DNA of 37,314 nt from Candidatus Jacksonbacteria bacterium (GCA_018698735.1 JABIPD010000035.1:1-37314); one strand, 5' to 3'; positions 22,284 to 33,011 are shown, counted from the stretch's first letter. Notes: generated by a model not told the origin, from the sequence alone. Translations and numbers: made by a program.

Positions 22284-25200
22284 TTATCGAGTAGCTCCAG
22301 AGTAAGCGATTGCTCGGACAGTATCCCAATCTGTTGCAGTACTTGGACTGTCACCGAAAATCGCTCTAAAACTCTTAATAGCTGCTCGTTCTGAATCGAG
22401 GTTTCTGTCTCTTGGGCGAAGACCGTATGACATTACAACCACAGCTGCGTCATCGTTCGGGTTGGCTCGGTCTGCCGAGCGCTTGTAAATAGTCTTAAAG
22501 TCTTTTTCTGCTGCTGTTTCTTTATCTGGATTGGTTTGGCCAGGCCATCTACCATTTCCAATCTTTACAACATCTTCCCAGTCTGCCTGAGACTCTGGAA
22601 GCTTTCCAAATGCTTCCTTAAAGGAATTAACTACCCCACCACGCTCACCGGCGCCAAGACTTAGCGTTGTTGGTGTTCCGTAGGTAACAAATGCTACTAA
22701 TCGTTCTTTAAGCTCTGTAGAAACAGATTCAACGGTTGCAACAATTTTATTTACCACAGATTTTTCGAATGATGTTTCGGCTTCAAGATCACGCGTTCCA
22801 AGAACATTTGCGATAATTCCACCGATCGTTTGCATTGCTATAACTTCGGCATCGGCTTTTACTTTTACAATATTTTCGTCTAACAACACAGGTGTAATTT
22901 CAAGAGCAGTATCTGTCATATCGGTAGTAACAGGGGTAGTATCGTCGTCGGTGTCAGCAGGATCGGTGTCTAGAGATGTATTGTTCGACATTCCACCACC
23001 AGGAGCCGCAGCAGAACCAGGGGGTGTAAATGTTACCGACAGCTCTGAAGAGGCTGTAGATTGGTTACCCTCTGCATCTTGACCTCGAACTCTGTAATAC
23101 CACGTATATCCACCAGACCCAGCAGTCGCATCTGTATAGGTTGTAGTAGCTGAATTTCCAAGAAGTGTTGATTGCGCAACAGTGAAACTTGTTACTGAGC
23201 CTCTATAAATAAGATATGGCTGAGTTGCATGCATTGCAGTTTCATCAGTACTTGCTGTCCAGCTAAGTGATACGTCGTTATAATCTACCGTTGTTGTATC
23301 AACACCAGATGGAGCACTCGGCGCTGTAACATCGGATGCACCCTGAATGATAGGTCCCCATGTCGTAAGATGCTTTGTAGAAGTTGTCATTGTAATTTTG
23401 TAGTCTGCATAGTGGTCCGAGTAGGTATCTGCTGCACCTGCATCGTTATCTGCGTTATCGACTGCGCTTTGGAGATTTGTGATAAAGGTGTCGTAATCCA
23501 CAACAGTGAATGCATCATCTGCATCTTCCTTTACTTCAACTTTTCTACTCGTAGGAGAAGTTACCCACGTACCATTACCTTTTGTTTCATCCCAGTAACC
23601 CATTTCTACTTTATCAAGCTTGTCACCAACTGTTGTGGTAGCAACAGAAGCGTCCTCCGAAATTACTGTTGTCATGTCGCTCTTCGTAATTTCATATTCC
23701 AAGTCGATAGTATTATTTAGCAATCCAAGCGATTTCCCAGAATCGTTTAGAATGTCTATATCAACCTCTTTCCCAAGTGGTGCTGCTGTCTCTGTTTCAT
23801 GAAGCACTGGAGTACTTTCGATATTAACCGAATATGAACTTTGTGAATCGCCCAAATCTTGAGGTTCTATGTTAAGACTAATATCGTTATTAGACTTATC
23901 ATCAATCACCGATCCATTCTGAGGAACCACTGTATCAACTTTTGGAGTTGCATTTGTTGCAAGCGATGCAGCTGGAATTGTTTGGTCTAGGGTCAACGAT
24001 TGAGCAGTACTACCAGCCTCAATATTTGGTAACGAACCTTTTGTTCCATCTTTCAATGTTCCAAAGACGTTATATGCCTTACTTTCCTCTACTGAAAGTG
24101 TATATGTTCCGTCCTCTCCTACCGGCGCGGTAGCAAAGCCGTCACCACCAACTTCTTCTGCCCAAACAAATGCATTGTCTGCCAAAGTAGCGGCATCTGA
24201 TTTCAACACTGTACCAGTAATAGAAGAGGTTGCAGCTGTAAGGGTTGCTGTAATCCCTGCTGTTGTAGTTGATATACTTGATTGCTTAAATGAGGAATAT
24301 TCAGGTGCATCTACGACTAATTCGTAGGTTCCAGTTGTTGGAGTAGGAACAGTCACCGAGAAGACCCCGCTATCGGAAGCTGTAATCTCTGTTCCATTTC
24401 CTAACCCTGTATCTCTATTAAACACATGCACCCACGCATTTGTAATGCCAGTAGCTGTTCCTGAGATGGTTATAGTATTTGCCGACAATACGAAGTTAAT
24501 ATTTTTCGTACTATTTCCAGAGACCGTAAATGTACCAGATGTTAAGGAAGAAGAATCTACTGCTGCCTCACCGTATCCTTGAACATACGCTCTTACATCG
24601 TAACTTCCTTCTTGTAAGGAGATAGTACCTGTATTTGCGTTTTCTATTCGTGCATGGTTTCCAATTTCACTCGACTGATTAAACACATCTACAAATGCTT
24701 CTTCTACTGTTAATAAATTCTCTACAGCAACAGAGCCAGCGTAGAAATTGATAGTAGTGCTCTTTGTTGCAGATAATGCCCAGTCTTGGTCCGCAAGGTC
24801 AGCTCCTGTGGCTGCAAGCTTTAAGCCAGTTTTTTCTGGCAGTTGACCAACACTCTTTACATGAGCCTCTAATTCATAACTTGTTGTACACGAGCTATTT
24901 GTTCCACCGGTACAGTTACTTGGAACTTTTAATGTATAATTTCCATCGCTATCTGTTTGAGTTCCGTTTCCGTTTCCAGTTGGGACACCAGCTGCAGTAA
25001 CTTCATCGGCCCAAACCATGGTGTTGCTAACTCCATTTCCATTTGAATCGGTAATTGTTCCAGAAATACTTCTAAAGCTTCCCCCGCCTGCACCGGCTTT
25101 AAAGTTATACCCACTATTATCGGATGCTGCTGATGCTACTGTTATGGAATACGTGAATCCGTCTACAGAATCATCGCCTGCTGCTGTGGACCCTGATTCA

Positions 25201-28200
25201 GGGTTTGCTTTAATTCTTCCATACCCAGGCGCATGTACATCTATCTGCCATGTTCCTTCTGGCACAAACAGGGTGTAATACCCTTGAGCATTTGTTCCGC
25301 CAGGAATAAATTCACCTGTTGTTGAATTATATGCGCCTACACCTGCGTACTGAATTGGATTGTCTAATTCATCTAGCACAACACCTTTTACCGATTTATC
25401 CGATTTTTGGAAGGTAAAGACGGTAGAAGCATCTGGAGTGTTTGAACCAGATGCTGGAACGGTTACTTGCTTCTCTGATAATCCTGGCAATCCAGGAAGT
25501 CCTGCTCCTACTTTATATACACCAGCAACAACATTTAACGTATAGGTTCCATCTGTTCCTGTTTCGGTTCCAGCTCCAAATCCGTTTGTTCCAGATGGGT
25601 CATATGCCCAGACTTGAACACCCGAGAGTCCATTACCACTTTGGTCAACTACAGAACCGGTAATACTCTTATCTGCTGACCCAAGAGTAAAGTTCGCTGT
25701 TCCTGTGCTTGTTACAGAAATAAACTGGGGAGAAGGGGGCATAAATTCAGGTGCTGGAGGCGGACCAGAGGAAAATCCTGCATTCATCGCATGGAAAGGC
25801 TCCACTCCAATATTCCATTCACCATCAGAAATAGTCATTGAATAATTTGTACAAGCATCAATATTAGCCGCAGCAGCTTGCCCTGTACAGGTTGCTGCGC
25901 CATCGTCACCAGCGGTTTTTCCATTTAACGTAAAGTCGTATTCTAGCCATCCATCCGGCCCAGAAGCCCAGACCCTGATTTTGTCGCCATTTAAGAGCGC
26001 TGAATTATAGCTAAATTTACCAGACACTGTTGAGCTTCCTTGTTTAATCTTAATAACTCTACCAGTTACAGAGGTTGTTTCATCTGATAAAAGAATTTCG
26101 CTGGAACTTCCTGCTAAATACCCAGCACTTTGTGGAGGCTCTACATTCACCCAATAGGTTAATGTGTCGTTTGCTGTTCCTGTTGTTGTTGGAAGTGGTA
26201 ATCCAGTAAAGGTGAATGATCCGTCAGATCCTGAGGTCTTCTCAAATCCACCACCACGAGAGGTTGAAAGCCAAATTTTTGCACTTGCAATTCCGGTGGT
26301 TCCGTCTGATTTTGTAATTTTACCAGAGATAATACCAGAGCCACCTTTCTCGATTGGGAATGGCATAGACGTTAACGGCCCTTCAATCGACTGTCCTGCT
26401 GATGTCTTTGAAGAAATACTAATGGTATGTCCCCCGGTATTGCTAATCCAGTTTACTTCACTCGCTGCACCGTTTACAATGTTCTTTAACTCGAATTCAA
26501 TGTAGTCGTTTGCTTGTGTTGCTGCACCAGCAGTCGTAAGAGTAACTTTTCGGGTTGAAGAATTTACTGCAACTGCTCCAATCGTCACAGTTCCAGTACC
26601 AGGGCCATTAATATCTGCATTAAAGTATGATTCTGTTGCTGCATCTGCCTGAGCAGCACTTGCGATGTCGAACCCGATTGGGAATTCTAACTCTATTTTC
26701 CCGCCAAGTGGGATTGCTTGCGTAACTGGGAATCGAACGTTATAGCGAGATGTCTGGTTGGCAAAGTTGTTCATTGGCCACACGTCTATAGGCATAAACA
26801 TCATCACATCTGGATGGAATACATCGTTTGTTCCGCATCCAAATTTGAAGGTTCCTTCTGTACATCCGGTTGCACCAGCTCCAACAAAATCATGCACGGT
26901 AAATGTTTGGCTATTAGCAGTCGAGTCTACAACTGCGTTGTTTAAGCCCTTGACATTACTGCCAGCAGTAACGGTATAACTACTTCCAGATGTTAATGAG
27001 AGACCATCAAAATGAACCGAGCTGTCATATGAATCGAAGAAAATATTAGCACCAGAGAGGCTCACAGAAACACCAGTTGAATCTGCTAATGTCCAGTTCG
27101 AAGCCGTTGTTACAGTCGTTTTCTTCATTGGTGAGTCCATTCCTACCCCAACATGGAAGCCATCACTTTCTGCCCATGTTAACTGTGGAGCTGTAGTTAC
27201 AGTATCGCTTGCTGTTGAAAAAGTTGCAGTATAATTCCCGCCTGCACTTCCGTCGAAATCACCATCTAAATAATTTCCTGCTAAATCCTTAACAGTAGTT
27301 GCCTGGAGCTGAAGTCTAAAATCTTTGTCTTCTGGGAGGAAACTATTAAACCAAATAGTTGCAACTCGACTAAATGGATCGTAGTCAACTGTTCCACTTA
27401 CGGTAGTAAGAGGCGTTTGAGCAGCCACAAAGGCGTCGTCAGCAGTATCGTCGTATTGCAGTAACACACTATTTGTAGTAAAGGTCGTTGGATCCATATC
27501 CTCGTTAAATCGGACACTCATTTCTGGAATCATGGCAGAAACAGCTAGCGTCGTTAGTCCTTCTGCCTGAACTTTATTGTCTAATACCTGAGCACCAATA
27601 CTGTCAGCACCTGTTCCAGTATCGAAATCTGTTAAGAATGAGCCTGGCGTAGCGCTTCCTGGTGTTGGCATTCCCATAATTGGCACACCAAAACTATTCT
27701 TTACATCTCTTGTTACCACTAATCTATATTTTTTACTTGCTGTTAATGCTGCCGCTGGTGTTAAGGTAACGGCATTATGACTTGAATCGTTACTAAGTGT
27801 TGCTGTTACTGGTGATGCTGCGCTAGGATCATCTGTTAAATTAAAGAGATAAATATTTGCTGCAACCATGGTCGATTCGTCTATTGGAGCCGAGAATTTA
27901 ATTCCTATAAACTTAAGATTTGTTGGAATATCTTGCGCGCCCATAAATGGTAGAGTTCCCTCTACCCAGAAATCTCCACCAGCTAAAATTGGTCCACCAA
28001 AGATAGCACCTGCGGTTGCAAAGCCTTGCAAATCATCTAAGAAAGATGCGTCGAATGCCTTAAACTCTCCTGTTAAGCCGGTAGCGGTACTTGCTGTTGC
28101 AAGTGATTCCGTGCCTGTTCCACATTTCGCGCTACTATCATCACAAACTACAACGTATGCGTTATATGTTGAGTCTGGGAAAATTGGATAAAAGGCCACG

Positions 28201-31200
28201 TTACCAGATGGTGGAACACCTTCTACTAAATATTCGAACCGACTGTCATCGTATATTGCATACGTCGAGCTTGTTGCCGCGTAGGTGTATGCCGATGTTC
28301 CAGTCGTTGCTGCAACTGGAGAACTATTTATAGGATATTGGGTTGAGGTATCGAGCGGAACAGTATTTGGCAAGATATATACATTGTAATACTGACCAGT
28401 TGTTGCCCCAGAATCTGTCCATGCAACGCTAATATCGTTTTTATCTATTCCCGGTAATGTAGCATCTGGGTCTGACAGAGTTACTGTCCCTACCGGCGTT
28501 ACTGCTGAAAGAGTAATTATTACTGCAGAAGCCGTAGCATCGGGAAGACCTGCTAAATCGGTTACAGCAGTTGTTGGATTAACCGCATGAGTACCATAAG
28601 TAATAGCGGCCGGGGATGCCCCAAGGGTAACTTTCACCATATTCGGAGCAATCCAAGTTACCGTAGGACTTGTTCCATAGTCGCTTGTACCTGCTATATT
28701 TGAATCTAACACTGTATTAACACTTCCAGTTGCTATGGTTGATTGTGTAATTGATTCGGAAAAGACAAATACTATTTCGTCTGTTGCGTCTGCTGATCCA
28801 GCTGTTCCTGTGTCGTTTACAACCGCGACAGATGTAAGTGTTGGGCCTGTTGAATCTATAAAGAGCGGCTCGAACATGTCGATAAATACCCCACCAGCTG
28901 CCTGAATAAGCCCACCGTCTATCCAAATGTTATCTGGCGTGGCTCCACCCGTCACAGTAGGAGATGAGCCAAGGGTGATTTCTAATGTATCGCAATCTTT
29001 TGTTGTCTTTTCCCATTGAATAATTGGACTTGTTCCCCAGGGGTTGGCTCTTTGGGTCCAGGTACCACCAGTGGTGCTATCTACAAAGAAACCTTGATAA
29101 CTTGGTGAGCCTGTAAAACTTTCTAAAATATTTGCGTCTAGGGCCGTTGTACATCCATCTGCTGATGGATGGCCAGATTCACGACTCGTATCCATTGTTC
29201 TATTAAAGACAAAACTTACAACATCTCCGGCATCTACTCCATTACTATCACCATCTGTATACGTTACTGCTAACACCTGAGCTGAGCTTGCATCTATTGT
29301 GCCAGTGCTTCCTGCTGCAGGAGTTGCTGGCGTCCCGCCAACAGCTGTTATTGCAAGTCCTGTTTCGCTGGTGAATGTTGCCGCTGGATCGAGAACATCT
29401 CCATTAGCAATTGTTTGGTCGAAGCCTGGAGAAATTTCTACAACATCGTTTAAATTCGCCTCCGTAAACCATCTAATTTCAAGGCCTGATGTTGCGCCTC
29501 CCCAACTGTGGTTTCCAGCACAATTATCAGAGGATGTTAAAGAACCCGCTGGACAAAGCCTGAGTGCGGTATCAATATTAGATGTTGTAAGTGCGCCTGG
29601 GTTCATGCTTTCGGTAAACACTACTCTAACGATATCTCCAGGGTTTACTGCAGATACACTTCCTGTTGGGCCGGTACCTGCTCCGAATCCACCCATTTTC
29701 ATTATTTCTATACGCTGAACCTTTGGTGCGGTACCAGCTGCTAATGTTGCACTATAGTCTGCAACCAGTGCAGCCGAACCTGTATTTGTTGCGTTTAGCC
29801 CAGAAATACCTACCACAGAGGTAACATCTAAGGTGTCGTCTGCTTCTGCAGTTGCGCTTAATGTTAAGACAACTGTTGCTCCATCTGCAGATACATAATT
29901 AAGCGCCGTTGCTGTTGGGCCACCAGCAAAGGTAAACTGTGTTTGAAGCTGTGTTGCGTCGTCTGTTCCATCTGTAAGATTTACGGGTGATCCAGCGTAT
30001 GTTGTGACTGTTGAAGTTTGGCCAGGATATTCTAATCCATTCGTATTAAGGACTGATTCTGTAAAGACAAGCTTTAAAACTGTAAGCCCGTCAATACTAG
30101 TAACGGTTGGGCCAGAGGTTTTTAACAATCCTGTACCGCTAACAGCATTACCATTCGTTGCAATAACTGCACTCGTTGGATCGATGGTGTCTAAATTTGC
30201 CATATCAACCCCTGTATCTGCTGTAATCGTTAAAGTGTCGTTGGCATTTGTTGTTGTAGTCCATGCGACAGTAGGAGAACTTCCATAGGTATGAGAATTC
30301 GCAAGATCCATGGTTGTATTCACGTTCCCACTTGTCACTGTAGAGGTATCCATCGATTTACTAAACACAACCTCAACAGTATCTGCTGTAGTAATTCCTC
30401 CACCTCCAAGATCTGTATAGTTGACCGATGTAATAGTTGCTGAACCAAGGCTGATGGTTCCAATATTTGAAACCTTATTCCCTGCAGCATCTGCGACACC
30501 ACCTACTCCAGAAGCATCAACCCATGGCACAATTTTGTATCCAGATTTTACATTTGGTGCGGTTCCTAAAGTAATAGTGAATATCGCATTTGAGGTGCCG
30601 CCGTCTGCAGTCCATGCAGAAGTTGCCCCATCTCCCCAATATCCCCATTGACAGCCGGCTTGAGTGCTAGTAGGTACGGTAACAGCACACGTTGGACCAA
30701 ACAACACATTAAATGCCCATTGGTCCCAGGCAGAAAATTTATCCATCTCTTCGCTAAAAGTAAGGACCACTGTTTCTCCAGTTTCTAATAAATTATTACT
30801 ATTGGTGTCTACAGCCTGTATCTTAGAAATTGTTGGTTGAGTTGCATCAAGAGTAAAGGTTACGTTATCACCGTTATCGGTTCCACCGGTTGCTGCAATT
30901 ACGCCTCCTAATACATCTTTTACTGCCTGTGCTGCCTCTGCTCCTGCTTGTGAAATCACTACAGAACCACCAGAAGAAAAATCTGTACTTGCATGCATTA
31001 CAAGGATTACCGATCGCCCATCCCAGTCAAGAGCTGCTGTTGTTACAGTTGGAGTATCGCCGCCTGCTGTTGTCGTAACAGTAAAGCCTGCTGCCAAAAC
31101 AGTGTCTGTATCTATGTTCTTGTCGAAATTGATAATTACTCGTTTTGTAGCACCAGAATCTACTCCAAGTCCTGTGACGACTGGAGCATCATCCTTTTCA

Positions 31201-32414
31201 AGCGGAACATTCCAATCTGACATCTGAATGTTTCCATCCACATCTTTAGGACCACCGCCATTAAATTCTGTTCCAACACGAATATTATCGAACACGAGCG
31301 TTGGATCCCAATTTTCTGGGTCAAAATCACCTGCTACAAAGTCACATTGCGAGTTGAGCACGTCGATAGTAATTGTATTTGTAGATACTGAAATGTCTGC
31401 ATTATTAAATGGCGTTCCAGAACTAGCATCAACCCCGGTCAACGTACAGTCTGCTGCTCCTGAAGATCCACCAATAGCCTGGTCGGTCCCATATCCACTA
31501 ATGGTATAGTAGGTGCCATGAAGAGCTGCTGTTGAATCCATATTTTTACTAAACACCAAGGTAATCCTGTCATGGGATGCATCTGGAGTATCGTCCGAAA
31601 GATATGCACCTTCTAAATGAGGAGCCATGTTAGCTCCGTCATCGCTAAAGGTAATGGTCTGAGCACTTGTGGTTGTGTTTGCGTTTCCAAACACGTCGGT
31701 CACAGAAGCGCTTGTAGTAATAGTATCCGAGCCACCGACAGCTGCATCAATAATTGCGCCATCTGCCTCTACACGAATAATCTTTGGATCCCAAGGTTGT
31801 CTAAATACGCGGCTAATAGTAACATCGTCGGTCGCTGCTGTAGAAAGGGTAAAGTTTCCTATTGTTTCTGCTGTTGTGCTGTCTACTGCTTCGCTAAATT
31901 CTATTTCAACAGCATTATTACCCATCGGTCTGGTAGCAGCAATTGTTGGGGCGGTGCTGTCTGCAGTACCCACTGTTGTTGCGGTCGCACCCTGAACACA
32001 GGCTTCCGCTGCCTCGTTATAGATAGCAGTCGAAGCACAGGCAATGCTTGTGTTGTCTTGTGTTGGGTTTCCAGACATCGTTAAAACAACAGTCTTAGTA
32101 CCACCATCAGAAGACACACTAGAAATAGTCAGTGAGTCAGAACCCGAGACAGTAAAATCGGCAGCCACAGGTGCTCCGTCTGGACCCCAAGGCGAACCAC
32201 TGGCATTAAATATCCATTGATTAAAGGTTAAAACAATTTTCGGAGAAGTGCTTTTCCATCCAACCGTAAAGGTTGGGGCTGCCGCGCGTGCGACATCTAA
32301 ATTAAATGGCAATACAGGTACTCCCATTGCCCACAATAACGTGGTAACAACAAGGAACCCGTATACCCAACGAATCAGTTTTGATTGCTGAGATTGAGTA
32401 AGTAAGCTGTTCAT
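22284..32414 (-). CDS. Giant secreted surface protein (3376 aa): many Ig-like/beta-sandwich modules, carboxypeptidase-regulatory-like repeats, FN3, and a duplicated C-terminal module
   Basis: N-terminal signal/anchor WVYGFLVVTTLLWAMGVPVL. CarboxypepD_reg-like units include GSVVDQSGNGLSGVQVWAY...TDGTYTLNV and ISGTITDSNGNGVSNTMVWA...TDSDGNYTLKV. An FN3-like unit lies near 23030-23330 (DVSLSWTAS...YYRVRGQDAEGNQS). The ORF is uninterrupted for 10.1 kb. Confidence 0.9.
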   Translation of the reverse strand: MNSLLTQSQQSKLIRWVYGFLVVTTLLWAMGVPVLPFNLDVARAAAPTFTVGWKSTSPKIVLTFNQWIFNASGSPWGPDGAPVAADFTVSGSDSLTISSVSSDGGTKTVVLTMSGNPTQDNTSIACASTAIYNEAAEACVQGATATTVGTADSTAPTIAATRPMGNNAVEIEFSEAVDSTTAETIGNFTLSTAATDDVTISRVFRQPWDPKIIRVEADGAIIDAAVGGSDTITTSASVTDVFGNANTTTSAQTITFSDDGANMAPHLEGAYLSDDTPDASHDRITLVFSKNMDSTAALHGTYYTISGYGTDQAIGGSSGAADCTLTGVDASSGTPFNNADISVSTNTITIDVLNSQCDFVAGDFDPENWDPTLVFDNIRVGTEFNGGGPKDVDGNIQMSDWNVPLEKDDAPVVTGLGVDSGATKRVIINFDKNIDTDTVLAAGFTVTTTAGGDTPTVTTAALDWDGRSVILVMHASTDFSSGGSVVISQAGAEAAQAVKDVLGGVIAATGGTDNGDNVTFTLDATQPTISKIQAVDTNSNNLLETGETVVLTFSEEMDKFSAWDQWAFNVLFGPTCAVTVPTSTQAGCQWGYWGDGATSAWTADGGTSNAIFTITLGTAPNVKSGYKIVPWVDASGVGGVADAAGNKVSNIGTISLGSATITSVNYTDLGGGGITTADTVEVVFSKSMDTSTVTSGNVNTTMDLANSHTYGSSPTVAWTTTTNANDTLTITADTGVDMANLDTIDPTSAVIATNGNAVSGTGLLKTSGPTVTSIDGLTVLKLVFTESVLNTNGLEYPGQTSTVTTYAGSPVNLTDGTDDATQLQTQFTFAGGPTATALNYVSADGATVVLTLSATAEADDTLDVTSVVGISGLNATNTGSAALVADYSATLAAGTAPKVQRIEIMKMGGFGAGTGPTGSVSAVNPGDIVRVVFTESMNPGALTTSNIDTALRLCPAGSLTSSDNCAGNHSWGGATSGLEIRWFTEANLNDVVEISPGFDQTIANGDVLDPAATFTSETGLAITAVGGTPATPAAGSTGTIDASSAQVLAVTYTDGDSNGVDAGDVVSFVFNRTMDTSRESGHPSADGCTTALDANILESFTGSPSYQGFFVDSTTGGTWTQRANPWGTSPIIQWEKTTKDCDTLEITLGSSPTVTGGATPDNIWIDGGLIQAAGGVFIDMFEPLFIDSTGPTLTSVAVVNDTGTAGSADATDEIVFVFSESITQSTIATGSVNTVLDSNIAGTSDYGTSPTVTWIAPNMVKVTLGASPAAITYGTHAVNPTTAVTDLAGLPDATASAVIITLSAVTPVGTVTLSDPDATLPGIDKNDISVAWTDSGATTGQYYNVYILPNTVPLDTSTQYPINSSPVAATTGTSAYTYAATSSTYAIYDDSRFEYLVEGVPPSGNVAFYPIFPDSTYNAYVVVCDDSSAKCGTGTESLATASTATGLTGEFKAFDASFLDDLQGFATAGAIFGGPILAGGDFWVEGTLPFMGAQDIPTNLKFIGIKFSAPIDESTMVAANIYLFNLTDDPSAASPVTATLSNDSSHNAVTLTPAAALTASKKYRLVVTRDVKNSFGVPIMGMPTPGSATPGSFLTDFDTGTGADSIGAQVLDNKVQAEGLTTLAVSAMIPEMSVRFNEDMDPTTFTTNSVLLQYDDTADDAFVAAQTPLTTVSGTVDYDPFSRVATIWFNSFLPEDKDFRLQLQATTVKDLAGNYLDGDFDGSAGGNYTATFSTASDTVTTAPQLTWAESDGFHVGVGMDSPMKKTTVTTASNWTLADSTGVSVSLSGANIFFDSYDSSVHFDGLSLTSGSSYTVTAGSNVKGLNNAVVDSTANSQTFTVHDFVGAGATGCTEGTFKFGCGTNDVFHPDVMMFMPIDVWPMNNFANQTSRYNVRFPVTQAIPLGGKIELEFPIGFDIASAAQADAATESYFNADINGPGTGTVTIGAVAVNSSTRKVTLTTAGAATQANDYIEFELKNIVNGAASEVNWISNTGGHTISISSKTSAGQSIEGPLTSMPFPIEKGGSGIISGKITKSDGTTGIASAKIWLSTSRGGGFEKTSGSDGSFTFTGLPLPTTTGTANDTLTYWVNVEPPQSAGYLAGSSSEILLSDETTSVTGRVIKIKQGSSTVSGKFSYNSALLNGDKIRVWASGPDGWLEYDFTLNGKTAGDDGAATCTGQAAAANIDACTNYSMTISDGEWNIGVEPFHAMNAGFSSGPPPAPEFMPPSPQFISVTSTGTANFTLGSADKSITGSVVDQSGNGLSGVQVWAYDPSGTNGFGAGTETGTDGTYTLNVVAGVYKVGAGLPGLPGLSEKQVTVPASGSNTPDASTVFTFQKSDKSVKGVVLDELDNPIQYAGVGAYNSTTGEFIPGGTNAQGYYTLFVPEGTWQIDVHAPGYGRIKANPESGSTAAGDDSVDGFTYSITVASAASDNSGYNFKAGAGGGSFRSISGTITDSNGNGVSNTMVWADEVTAAGVPTGNGNGTQTDSDGNYTLKVPSNCTGGTNSSCTTSYELEAHVKSVGQLPEKTGLKLAATGADLADQDWALSATKSTTINFYAGSVAVENLLTVEEAFVDVFNQSSEIGNHARIENANTGTISLQEGSYDVRAYVQGYGEAAVDSSSLTSGTFTVSGNSTKNINFVLSANTITISGTATGITNAWVHVFNRDTGLGNGTEITASDSGVFSVTVPTPTTGTYELVVDAPEYSSFKQSSISTTTAGITATLTAATSSITGTVLKSDAATLADNAFVWAEEVGGDGFATAPVGEDGTYTLSVEESKAYNVFGTLKDGTKGSLPNIEAGSTAQSLTLDQTIPAASLATNATPKVDTVVPQNGSVIDDKSNNDISLNIEPQDLGDSQSSYSVNIESTPVLHETETAAPLGKEVDIDILNDSGKSLGLLNNTIDLEYEITKSDMTTVISEDASVATTTVGDKLDKVEMGYWDETKGNGTWVTSPTSRKVEVKEDADDAFTVVDYDTFITNLQSAVDNADNDAGAADTYSDHYADYKITMTTSTKHLTTWGPIIQGASDVTAPSAPSGVDTTTVDYNDVSLSWTASTDETAMHATQPYLIYRGSVTSFTVAQSTLLGNSATTTYTDATAGSGGYTWYYRVRGQDAEGNQSTASSELSVTFTPPGSAAAPGGGMSNNTSLDTDPADTDDDTTPVTTDMTDTALEITPVLLDENIVKVKADAEVIAMQTIGGIIANVLGTRDLEAETSFEKSVVNKIVATVESVSTELKERLVAFVTYGTPTTLSLGAGERGGVVNSFKEAFGKLPESQADWEDVVKIGNGRWPGQTNPDKETAAEKDFKTIYKRSADRANPNDDAAVVVMSYGLRPRDRNLDSERAAIKSFRAIFGDSPSTATDWDTVRAIAYSGATR

Positions 32415-32438
32415 AGGTTTTTGTTATAACAAAAACCT
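32415..32438. promoter_or_regulatory. 24-bp perfect palindrome directly abutting the ATG of the giant gene
   Basis: aggtttttgtta|taacaaaaacct. It overlaps by 3 nt a second stem, ccttacac (32436-32443) / gtgtaagg (32461-32468). Confidence 0.5.
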
Positions 32439-32544
32439 TACACCAAGGACCGACATCCTCGTGTAAGGCATTTGCCTAATAAATAAATTGTAGCTTTTAT
32501 TTTGAACACAATATGTGCTTATTCTATTTTTAATATTTCACTTT

Positions 32545-32766
32545 TTACTTTCGAATTCTCTGCTCTACTGCCCCAACTCTATACAACGTTTGCTCTGATA
32601 AATTTTTTGCTTGCGAAACTTCTTCCTGTAATTTTGGAATCTTCTGAAAATATATTAATGCGATAAGAACTGTCTGGATAATTAACAACCATAAAACAAC
32701 CCCTTCCACATACTTATTGGGATTTGTATCTGGTTTACGCTGAAAAATGTTTGCAAAAAAATGCAT
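32545..32766 (-). CDS. Small membrane protein (73 aa), hypothetical
   Basis: ORF 32545..32844. Its N-terminal extension overlaps the AT-rich repeat, so ATG 32766 is preferred (MHFFANIF...). It has one TM segment (VVLWLLIIQTVLIALIYF) and a TATAAT 14 nt upstream. Confidence 0.45.
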   Translation of the reverse strand: MHFFANIFQRKPDTNPNKYVEGVVLWLLIIQTVLIALIYFQKIPKLQEEVSQAKNLSEQTLYRVGAVEQRIRK

Positions 32767-32805
32767 ACAATATGTATATGCATTATAGCATGAATCCTGA
32801 ATTAT

Positions 32806-32908
32806 TATGGGGATAACTTTAATTAAATTAAAAAATAAAAGCACTAAACAAGAAACAAATTCAAAATCACAATATACAAGTCTCTAAACGTTTCGAGCAT
32901 AATATATA
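32806..32908 (+). repeat. AT-rich dispersed repeat, copy 2
   Basis: tatggggataactttaattaaattaaaaaataaaa...aacgtttcgagcataatatat aligns with 20956-21053. Confidence 0.7.
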
Positions 32909-33011
32909 TTAAAATTGATATTCTTAATTATATGATTCTCAAAAAAGATAGTCTACAGGCCTTACATTTTATAGTGTTTCTTATTTTAAATTTCGTGCTT
33001 CTTATTTGCCT

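Noticed and set aside
1-32414. Diversity-generating retroelement or other targeted hypervariation in the giant proteins.
   Set aside because: No reverse transcriptase is present, and there is no near-identical template/variable repeat pair. Internal repeats are diverged domain duplications in frame.
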